From Dickeya dadantii NCPPB 898 (GTDB lineage Bacteria; Pseudomonadota; Gammaproteobacteria; Enterobacterales; Enterobacteriaceae): a DNA stretch of 32,000 nt. Of this stretch, positions 1-6,840 are shown piece after piece. The DNA lies in the NCBI RefSeq assembly GCF_000406145.1, contig NZ_CM001976.1, positions 4,487,445 through 4,519,444 on the forward strand, given 5' to 3'. The translations under genes were made by a program, and so were the position numbers. How positions within the stretch are numbered: the stretch's first letter is position 1; each line of letters begins with the position of its first letter. Below the pieces are notes generated by a model. The model ran no database searches. It was not told the DNA's origin and saw nothing but the letters and a program-made list of their open reading frames with translations.

Positions 1-365
1 CCTATCTGGTCCGCAACAGCGACCTGCCCGGTTTCACGCCCGCTCAGAAAAAATTGCTGGCGACACTCCTGCAAAACCAGAGCAACACTATCGACCCTAT
101 CCCGCTAACCCAACAAAACGCCCTGCCGGTCAATCTGGCGCAGCGGCTTTGCCGCCTGCTGCGTCTGGCGATCATCTTTGCCAGTCGCCGCCGCGACGAC
201 ACGCTGCCGGCGGTCAGACTACGGGTGGAAGGAGAAAGCCTGCGTGTCATTCTGCCCGCCGGCTGGCTCGACCGACACCCGTTGAGAACCGAAACCCTGT
301 CGCAGGAAAGCCTGTGGCAGAGCTATGTTCACTGGCCGCTCATCATCGAAGAACACACGGTCTGA
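1..365 (+). CDS. gppA: guanosine pentaphosphate phosphohydrolase/exopolyphosphatase GppA, C-terminal fragment (5' end lies outside the window)
   Basis: Frame 3 is open from the window edge ([23 protein letters not shown]...[17 protein letters not shown]...[15 protein letters not shown]). This tail closely matches E. coli GppA as I recall it. In E. coli gppA sits next to rep; here the peh array separates them. Confidence 0.9.
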   Translation, partial: YLVRNSDLPGFTPAQKKLLATLLQNQSNTIDPIPLTQQNALPVNLAQRLCRLLRLAIIFASRRRDDTLPAVRLRVEGESLRVILPAGWLDRHPLRTETLSQESLWQSYVHWPLIIEEHTV

Positions 366-407
366 CGCAAAAAACTGCCTGACATAAAAGGCTACCCAGA
401 GCAAAAG

Positions 408-435
408 AGGGTAACAATTGGTTACCCTTCCCTCT
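408..435 (+). terminator. gppA terminator hairpin (AGGGTAAC-AATTG-GTTACCCT)
   Basis: Perfect 8-bp stem at 408-415/421-428 with a 5-nt loop, 43 nt after the gppA stop. The downstream tract is only weakly T/C-rich. The same hairpin recurs at 2615 and 4815. Confidence 0.55.
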
Positions 436-494
436 CATCCCGTGGCCTATCCTTTGGGCTGTTCCAAAAAATAAAGAAATCTTATACCTATTTT

Positions 495-513
495 TATAAA
501 ACGTGATTTCTTA
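495..513. promoter_or_regulatory. KdgR-type operator candidate upstream of pehV (TATAAAAC-GTG-ATTTCTTA)
   Basis: AAAAC-N3-(G/A)TTTC inverted-repeat core, preceded by TTTTTAT. It is conserved upstream of all three peh genes (also at 2699 and 4904) while the surrounding promoter DNA diverges. It resembles the GAAAC-N3-GTTTC core of KdgR boxes. Confidence 0.5.
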
Positions 514-583
514 AAAATTCGCACATCATCCCGGATGGAATGCTAACCAACCGATTGATTTCGAAAAAATTTAAGGAAAACAG

Positions 584-2404
584 ATGAAAGCCATTAGACT
601 TTCTCAGTGCCATGCCCTGGCGCTGACCGCAACTGTATGCTTGTTCACCAGCCAGGCGCTGGCGATGCCAACAAACGAGCAAACCCCGCCAGCCTTACAG
701 GCGCTTACCCCCTCCCTCGATAACCACAGCGTGGTGTTGGTTTGGAAGGCGCCAGAAGACACATCCGATATTATCGATTATCAAATTTACCAGGATAATC
801 AGTTTGTTGGACTCGCCAGTCAGAATAGCAATCAGCACTCGCCAGCCCAACCCTACATCAACATGTTTTATAAAAACGACACCGGTAATTTCCAACACCG
901 AATCGTGATACAAAGCGCGAAGATCGACGGTCTGCAACCCAGCACCGATTACCACTTCACCGTGCGTGCAGTGTATACCGACAGCAGCGTTACCGCTGAT
1001 AGCAACACGGTGGACATCACCACCACTGCGGTTCCCCAAACCATCGACATTACCCGGTATGGCGCTAAAGGCGACGGTACCACGCTCAATACCAGCGCGA
1101 TCCAGAAAGCCATTAATGCCTGTCCTTCCGGCTGCCAGGTCAATGTTCCAGCAGGGGTATTCAAAACCGGTGCGTTGTGGCTGAAAAGCAACATGACACT
1201 GAATTTGTCACCGGGTGCAACCTTGCTTGGTTCGGAAAACGCCGCAGATTATCCAGGGGGTTACACCATTGGCAAAAGCTCAACAGATATGCGCCCAGCC
1301 TCGCTGCTGAACGTCACCGATAAAACCAGCTCTAAAGGCGGGGTCTTCCAGAATATCCGCATTACCGGCAAAGGGGCTATAGACGGCAGCGGCTGGAAAC
1401 GCAGCGCCGATGGCCAGGATGAGCTGGGCAACAAACTGCCTCAGTACGTAAAGAGTACCAACGCCAACGTCAATAATGACGGCATTTTGGCGAAAAATCA
1501 GGTAGCGGCGGCGCGGGCGAAAGGCATTGACCTCAAAACCGCTTACAGCCAGTATCGTTCCAGCCTGATCACCCTGCGCGGTGCCAACAACGTTTACATC
1601 GCCGATATCACTATCCGTAATCCGGCCGATCACGGCATCGTGTTCATGAAAAGCCAGAACGTGATCGAGAACGGTGTCATTCACCAGACCTTTGATGCCA
1701 ACAATGGTGATGGCGTAGAGTTCAGCAACAGTCAAGATATCACGGTATTGAATAGCGTGTTCGATACCGGGGATGACTGCATCAATTTCGCGGCGGGCTT
1801 GGGGCAGGAAGGCCAAAAACAAAGTCCGACCCAGAACGCCTCGCTGTTCAATAACTACTTCAGCCGCGGTCACGGCGCCATTGTTATGGGTAGCCATACC
1901 GCTGCCACTATCGCCAATATATTGGCGGAAAACAACGTGATGAATAAAACGGATATCGGCCTGCGCGCCAAGAGCTCGCCAGATATCGGCGGCGGAGCGC
2001 ACCACGTGATATTCCGCAACAACGCGATGGCAAATCTGGCGATGCAGGCGGTTTTCGTCACGTTGAATTACGTGGACGTCAATGGCAGCGGTGTATATAC
2101 CCCGGCCGACGTACCTGCCCATTTTTACGACTTTACCGTCAAAAATATCACAGTGCTGAATAGCGCTGGCATAAGTCCGTCGATTCAGATAGAGGGCAAT
2201 AGCAACAAACAGGTCTGGAACAGCAATTTTAATTTCTGCGACATGAAGCTCAGCGGCATCATGCCGGCATCCGTCAGCGATCTGGAGGATAGCGAGTTCA
2301 ATAATATCGCTTTCAGTGATTTGCGCGGCGGCACCTCCCCCTGGAAATTCGGCGCAGTTAAAAACGTCACGGTGGATGGGAAAGTCGTTAGCCCAAACCC
2401 TTGA
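584..2404 (+). CDS. pehV: exo-poly-alpha-D-galacturonosidase (GH28), paralog 1 of 3
   Basis: 606-aa ORF with AAGGAA RBS. N-terminal signal peptide (..FTSQALA/MP) and an FN3-like N-domain (SVVLVWKAPEDTSDIIDYQIY). GH28 motifs are present: NNGDG, DTGDD, RGHG, GLRAKS. The symbol is assigned by position in the Dickeya pehV-pehW-pehX cluster, not by database comparison. Confidence 0.9.
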   Translation: MKAIRLSQCHALALTATVCLFTSQALAMPTNEQTPPALQALTPSLDNHSVVLVWKAPEDTSDIIDYQIYQDNQFVGLASQNSNQHSPAQPYINMFYKNDTGNFQHRIVIQSAKIDGLQPSTDYHFTVRAVYTDSSVTADSNTVDITTTAVPQTIDITRYGAKGDGTTLNTSAIQKAINACPSGCQVNVPAGVFKTGALWLKSNMTLNLSPGATLLGSENAADYPGGYTIGKSSTDMRPASLLNVTDKTSSKGGVFQNIRITGKGAIDGSGWKRSADGQDELGNKLPQYVKSTNANVNNDGILAKNQVAAARAKGIDLKTAYSQYRSSLITLRGANNVYIADITIRNPADHGIVFMKSQNVIENGVIHQTFDANNGDGVEFSNSQDITVLNSVFDTGDDCINFAAGLGQEGQKQSPTQNASLFNNYFSRGHGAIVMGSHTAATIANILAENNVMNKTDIGLRAKSSPDIGGGAHHVIFRNNAMANLAMQAVFVTLNYVDVNGSGVYTPADVPAHFYDFTVKNITVLNSAGISPSIQIEGNSNKQVWNSNFNFCDMKLSGIMPASVSDLEDSEFNNIAFSDLRGGTSPWKFGAVKNVTVDGKVVSPNP

Positions 2405-2640
2405 ATGTTAGACGTATAACCTAATCGCTATTAGCTTGATCACTATCCACCCGATCAACTACACCGGGCAGGCAAGCTCGGCACTTTTTCGCCGTTATCC
2501 GGACCCGGCTTCCGTTAGCGGCGATGGCAAGAGAAACACCGTCGTACCAACGCCTGTGATTAAGTTATGCCTGCTGCAACCTATCATCGAAGAACACGCC
2601 ACCTGACGGCAAAAAGGGGTAACAATTGCTTACCCCTTTC
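2296..2640 (+). repeat. 345-bp near-identical direct repeat, copy A (pehV 3' end plus downstream spacer)
   Basis: Aligned by eye with 4496-4840 at a constant 2200-bp offset. I count 10 mismatches and no indels. Flanking sequence on both sides is much more divergent. Confidence 0.9.
2552..2606 (+). pseudogene. relic of the gppA 3' end (..LLQPIIEEHAT*) in the pehV-pehW spacer
   Basis: GCCTGTG...ATCATCGAAGAACAC..TGACG..CAAAAA aligns with gppA 310-365, including the stop codon. It is followed by the same GGGTAAC-AATTG-hairpin. Weaker similarity may extend about 100 bp further upstream. Confidence 0.65.
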
Positions 2641-2645
2641 TTTAT
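2615..2645 (+). terminator. duplicated gppA-type terminator hairpin, probably now terminating pehV
   Basis: AGGGGTAA-CAATTGC-TTACCCCT followed by TTCTTTATCT. Paralogous to 408-428. Confidence 0.5.
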
Positions 2646-2698
2646 CTCACTGTCTATTATTTGCCCAATTCCTTAAATAGGAATGCAATGCTCATTTT

Positions 2699-2717
2699 TA
2701 TAAAACACAGTTTCTTA
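2699..2717. promoter_or_regulatory. KdgR-type operator candidate upstream of pehW (TATAAAAC-ACA-GTTTCTTA)
   Basis: Same TTTTTATAAAAC-N3-GTTTC element, in the same position relative to the start codon as at pehV. Confidence 0.5.
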
Positions 2718-2783
2718 AAAATGCGTATCTCTCTGAATGAAACACTCATCAGCTACTTAATTTCGAGAAAATAAGGAAAACAG

Positions 2784-4604
2784 ATGAAAGCCATGAGATT
2801 TTCGCAGCACCACGCCCTGGTGTTGATAACGTCGGTGTATCTGTTCAGCAATCAGGTTCAGGCTATACCGACAAGTGAGCGAACATCGCCAGCCTTACAG
2901 GCGGTTGCACCGTCCCTCGATGACCACAGCGTGGTATTAGTCTGGCATGCGCCAGAAGATACATCCGCTATCGCCGATTACCAAATTTACCAAAATGGTC
3001 AGCCCATCGGACTCGCCAGCCAGAATAACGACCTGCACTCGCCAGCCAAACCGTACATTAGTGCGTTTTACAAAAATGACACCGGCAATTTCCATCACCG
3101 GGTGGTGATACAGAATGCGAAAATCGACGGGCTGAAAGCGAACACCGACTACCAGTTCACCGTACAGACAGTGTATGCCGACGGTACGACTTCCGCTGAC
3201 AGCAACGAGGTCACTGTCACAACGACCACCACGCCGCAAGTGATCAACATCACCGAATACGGCGCTAAAGGCGACGGCACCACGCTGAATACCAGCGCGA
3301 TTCAGAAGGCGATCGATGCCTGCCAGACCGGTTGCCGCATCGACGTTCCGCCCGGGGTATTCAAAACCGGCGCGCTGTGGCTGAAAAGCGACATGACGCT
3401 GAATCTGTTGCAGGGTGCGACATTGCTCGGTTCCGACAATGCGGCCGATTACCCTGACGCCTACAAGCTTTACAGTTACTCATCCCAGGTGCGCCCGGCA
3501 TCGTTGATCAACGCCATCGACAAAACCAGCTCCGCCGCCGGAACGTTCAAGAACATCCGTATCATCGGCAAAGGCGCCATTGACGGCAACGGCTGGAAAC
3601 GCAGCGCGGATGGCCAGGATGAACTGGGCAACAGCCTGCCGCAGTACGTGAAGAGTGATAGCAGCAAGGTTAGCAACGACGGTATTCTGGCGAAAAACCA
3701 GGTAGCGGCGGCCGTCGCCAAAGGCATGGACATCAAACTCGCCTATAGTCAGCTTCGTTCCAGTCTGGTCACCCTGCGCGGCGTCAAAAACGCCTACATC
3801 GCCGATGTCACCATCCGCAATCCGGCCAACCACGGCATCATATTCCTGGAAAGCCGGAATGTGGTGGAAAACAGTGTCATTCATCAGACCTTCAACGCCA
3901 ACAACGGCGACGGCGTCGAATTTATCAATAGCCAAAACATCATGGTATTCAACAGTGTGTTTGATACCGGAGACGACAGCATCAACTTCGGCGCCGGTCT
4001 GGGTCAGGATGCGCAGAAGCAGGAACCTTCGCAAAACGCCCAGTTGTTCAACAACTATTTCCGTCACGGGCACGGTGCCGTGGTAATGGGCAGCAACACC
4101 GGCGCAGGCATTGTCAATGTACTGGCGGAAAACAACGTGATCAGCCAGAGCGACGTTGGCCTGCGAGCCAAGAGCGCTCCCGCCATTGGCGGCGGCGCAC
4201 ATGGCATCGTATTCCGTAATAGCGCGATGAAAAACCTGGCTAAGCAGGCGGTTATCGTGACGTTAAGTTACAGCGACAACAACGGCACCATCGACTATAC
4301 CCCGGCCAAAGTGCCTGCCCGTTTCTATGGCTTCACCGTCAAAAACGTCACCGTGCAGGACAGTACCGGCTCAAGCCCGTCGATTGAGATCACCGGGGAC
4401 AGCAGTAAAGATATCTGGCATAGCCAGTTTCTCTTCAGCAACATGAAACTCAGCGGCGTGATGCCCGCCTCAATCAGCGACCTGAGCAACAGCCAGTTCA
4501 ATAATATCGCTTTCAGTGACTTGCGCGGCGGCACCTCCCCCTGGAAATTCGGCGCAGTTAAAAACGTCACGGTGGATGGGAAAGTCGTTAGCCCAAGCCC
4601 TTGA
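2784..4604 (+). CDS. pehW: exo-poly-alpha-D-galacturonosidase (GH28), paralog 2 of 3 (mosaic)
   Basis: 606-aa ORF with AAGGAA RBS and a signal peptide (..FSNQVQA/IP). GH28 motifs NNGDG, DTGDD, HGHG and GLRAKS are intact. The 5' end resembles pehV, the middle resembles pehX, and the 3' end is nearly identical to pehV. Confidence 0.9.
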   Translation: MKAMRFSQHHALVLITSVYLFSNQVQAIPTSERTSPALQAVAPSLDDHSVVLVWHAPEDTSAIADYQIYQNGQPIGLASQNNDLHSPAKPYISAFYKNDTGNFHHRVVIQNAKIDGLKANTDYQFTVQTVYADGTTSADSNEVTVTTTTTPQVINITEYGAKGDGTTLNTSAIQKAIDACQTGCRIDVPPGVFKTGALWLKSDMTLNLLQGATLLGSDNAADYPDAYKLYSYSSQVRPASLINAIDKTSSAAGTFKNIRIIGKGAIDGNGWKRSADGQDELGNSLPQYVKSDSSKVSNDGILAKNQVAAAVAKGMDIKLAYSQLRSSLVTLRGVKNAYIADVTIRNPANHGIIFLESRNVVENSVIHQTFNANNGDGVEFINSQNIMVFNSVFDTGDDSINFGAGLGQDAQKQEPSQNAQLFNNYFRHGHGAVVMGSNTGAGIVNVLAENNVISQSDVGLRAKSAPAIGGGAHGIVFRNSAMKNLAKQAVIVTLSYSDNNGTIDYTPAKVPARFYGFTVKNVTVQDSTGSSPSIEITGDSSKDIWHSQFLFSNMKLSGVMPASISDLSNSQFNNIAFSDLRGGTSPWKFGAVKNVTVDGKVVSPSP

Positions 4605-4840
4605 ATGTTAGACGTATAACCTAATCGCTATTAGCTTGATCACTATTCACCCGATCAACTACACCGGGCAGGCAAGCTCGGCGCTTTTTCGCCGTTATCC
4701 GAACCCGGCTTCCGTTAGCGGCGATGGCAAGAGAAACACCGTCATACCAACGCCTGTGGTTAGGTTATACCTGCTGCAACCTATCATCGAAGAACACGCC
4801 ACCTGACGGCAAAAAGGGGTAACAATTGGTTACCCCTTTC
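4496..4840 (+). repeat. 345-bp near-identical direct repeat, copy B (pehW 3' end plus downstream spacer)
   Basis: See copy A (2296-2640). Same register, 10 mismatches by my count. Confidence 0.9.
4752..4806 (+). pseudogene. second relic of the gppA 3' end, in the pehW-pehX spacer
   Basis: Same gppA-tail-like sequence, ending in TGA at 4804-4806 and followed by the hairpin GGGGTAAC-AATTG-GTTACCCC. Confidence 0.65.
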
Positions 4841-4845
4841 CTCCT
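4815..4845 (+). terminator. duplicated gppA-type terminator hairpin, probably now terminating pehW
   Basis: 8-bp perfect stem GGGGTAAC/GTTACCCC with a 5-nt loop, followed by TTTCCTCCTT. Confidence 0.5.
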
Positions 4846-4903
4846 TGTCACCTGATTAATCTGTGATCGCTTTCGGGGAAAAAAGAAATACGACATGTAT
4901 TTT

Positions 4904-4922
4904 TATAAAACGTCGTTTCGAA
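4904..4922. promoter_or_regulatory. KdgR-type operator candidate upstream of pehX (TATAAAAC-GTC-GTTTCGAA)
   Basis: AAAACG-T-CGTTTC is the best palindrome of the three copies. It is preceded by the same TTTTTAT. Confidence 0.5.
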
Positions 4923-4980
4923 GCGACATCTCGTCCGGATAAAACACATTAATCAATTAAAAGAAAACTAAGGAACAAGG

Positions 4981-6789
4981 ATGGAAACCATCACATTTTC
5001 ACGTCGCCCTGCCCTGGCGTCGATAGTAGCCGCATGTCTAATTAGTACGCCTGCGCTGGCGGCAACGGCTCAGGCGCCGCAAAAACTCCAGATTCCCACA
5101 CTGTCTTATGACGACCATAGCGTAGCGCTGGTCTGGGATGCGCCGGAAGACACGTCCAACATCACCGACTATCAGATTTACCAGAACGGCCAGCTCATCG
5201 GGCTAGCCAGCCAAAACAACGATAAGAACTCGCCAGCTAAACCGTACATTAGTGCGTTTTACAAAAATGACACCGGCAATTTCCATCGCCGGGTGGTGAT
5301 ACAGAATGCGAAAATCGACGGGCTGAAAGCGAACACCGACTACCAGTTCACCGTACGGACAGTGTATGCCGACGGTTCGACTTCCGCTGACAGCAACGCA
5401 GTCACTGCCACCACGACCGCCACGCCGCAAGTGATCAACATCACCCAGTACGGCGCTAAAGGCGACGGCACCACGCTGAATACCACGGCGATCCAGAAGG
5501 CGATCGATGCCTGCCAGACCGGTTGCCGGGTTGATATTCCGGCGGGGGTCTTCAAAACCGGCGCGCTGTGGCTGAAAAGCGACATGACGCTGAATCTGTT
5601 GCAGGGTGCGACATTGCTCGGTTCCGACAATGCGGCCGATTATCCTGACGCCTACAAAATATACAGTTACTCATCCCAGGTGCGCCCGGCATCGTTGATC
5701 AACGCCATCGACAAAACCAGCTCCGCCGTCGGGACGTTCAAGAACATCCGTATCATCGGCAAAGGCGTCATTGACGGCAATGGCTGGAAGCGTAGCGCGG
5801 ACGCCAAAGACGAACTGGGCAATAGCCTGCCGCAGTACGTGAAGAGTGATAGCAGCAAGGTGAGCAAGGACGGTATTCTGGCGAAAAACCAGGTAGCGGC
5901 GGCCGTCGCCAAAGGCATGGACGTCAAAACCGCCTATAGTCAGCGTCGTTCCAGTCTGGTCACCCTGCGCGGCGTCAAAAACGTCTACATCGCCGACGTC
6001 ACTATCCGCAATCCGGCCAACCACGGCGTTATGTTCCTGGAAAGCCAGAATGTGGTGGAAAACAGCGTCATCCATCAGACCTTCGACGCCAACAACGGCG
6101 ACGGCGTTGAATTTGGCAATAGCCAGAACATTATGGTATTCAACAGCGTGTTCGATACCGGGGACGACAGCATCAACTTCGCCGCCGGTATGGGCCAGGA
6201 CGCGCAGAGTCAAGAACCTTCGCAAAATGCCTGGTTATTCAACAACTACTTCCGCCGCGGGCACGGTGCCGTGGTAATGGGCAGCCACACCGGCGCAGGC
6301 ATTATCGATGTACTGGCGGAAAACAACGTGATCAGCCAGAACGACGTTGGCCTGCGAGCCAAGAGCGCGCCTGCCATCGGCGGCGGCGCGCATGGCATCG
6401 TATTCCGTAATAGCGCGATGAAAAACCTGGCTAAGCAGGCAGTTATCGTGACGTTAAGTTATAGCGACAGCAACGGCACCATTGACTATACCCCGGCCAA
6501 AGTGCCTGCCCGTTTCTATGACTTCACCGTCAAAAACGTCACCGTGCAGGACAGTACCGGCTCAAGCCCGGTGATTGAAATCACCGGAGACAGCGGCAAA
6601 GGCATCTGGCACAGCCAGTTTACCTTCAGCAACATGAAACTCAGCGGGGTGACGCCTGCCTCAATCAGCGACCTGAGCGACAGCCAGTTCAACAACCTGA
6701 CGTTCAGCAAACTGCGCAGCGGTTCTTCGCCGTGGAAATTCGGCACGGTGAAGAACGTTACCGTAGACGGCAAAATCGTCACACCCTGA
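4981..6789 (+). CDS. pehX: exo-poly-alpha-D-galacturonosidase (GH28), paralog 3 of 3
   Basis: 602-aa ORF with AAGGAA RBS. It has a distinct signal peptide (METITFSRRPALASIVAACLISTPALA/A), an FN3-like domain, and GH28 motifs NNGDG, DTGDD, RGHG and GLRAKS. Confidence 0.9.
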   Translation: METITFSRRPALASIVAACLISTPALAATAQAPQKLQIPTLSYDDHSVALVWDAPEDTSNITDYQIYQNGQLIGLASQNNDKNSPAKPYISAFYKNDTGNFHRRVVIQNAKIDGLKANTDYQFTVRTVYADGSTSADSNAVTATTTATPQVINITQYGAKGDGTTLNTTAIQKAIDACQTGCRVDIPAGVFKTGALWLKSDMTLNLLQGATLLGSDNAADYPDAYKIYSYSSQVRPASLINAIDKTSSAVGTFKNIRIIGKGVIDGNGWKRSADAKDELGNSLPQYVKSDSSKVSKDGILAKNQVAAAVAKGMDVKTAYSQRRSSLVTLRGVKNVYIADVTIRNPANHGVMFLESQNVVENSVIHQTFDANNGDGVEFGNSQNIMVFNSVFDTGDDSINFAAGMGQDAQSQEPSQNAWLFNNYFRRGHGAVVMGSHTGAGIIDVLAENNVISQNDVGLRAKSAPAIGGGAHGIVFRNSAMKNLAKQAVIVTLSYSDSNGTIDYTPAKVPARFYDFTVKNVTVQDSTGSSPVIEITGDSGKGIWHSQFTFSNMKLSGVTPASISDLSDSQFNNLTFSKLRSGSSPWKFGTVKNVTVDGKIVTP

Positions 6790-6805
6790 CAGAGGGGTTA
6801 TTCGC

Positions 6806-6836
6806 ACGCCGGGCCATCGCGCCCGGCGTATTTTTC
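6806..6836 (+). terminator. rho-independent terminator of pehX (lies between convergent pehX and rep)
   Basis: Perfect 9-bp GC-rich stem ACGCCGGGC/GCCCGGCGT (6806-6814/6821-6829) with a 6-nt loop, then ATTTTT. Confidence 0.8.
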
Positions 6837-6840
6837 GTCT

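Noticed and set aside
1280-6225. Antisense ORFs recurring at paralogous positions in all three peh genes (1280-2122, 3480-4202, 5671-6225) that look conserved
   Set aside because: Their similarity is an automatic consequence of sense-strand paralogy. Their lengths differ (280, 240 and 184 aa) because stops come and go, so the frame itself is not maintained.
584-6789. Possibility that one of the three peh paralogs is a decaying pseudogene
   Set aside because: All three frames are intact and of full length. Each retains the signal peptide, RBS and all GH28 catalytic motifs.
366-6840. Mobile-element signatures around the peh, put, DUF1311/DUF2461 and MFS inserts, and around the tRNA genes
   Set aside because: I found no transposase, integrase or recombinase-like ORFs, no terminal inverted repeats, and no tRNA-fragment direct repeats. 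The only flanking repeats are the gppA-tail copies, which are explained by tandem duplication.
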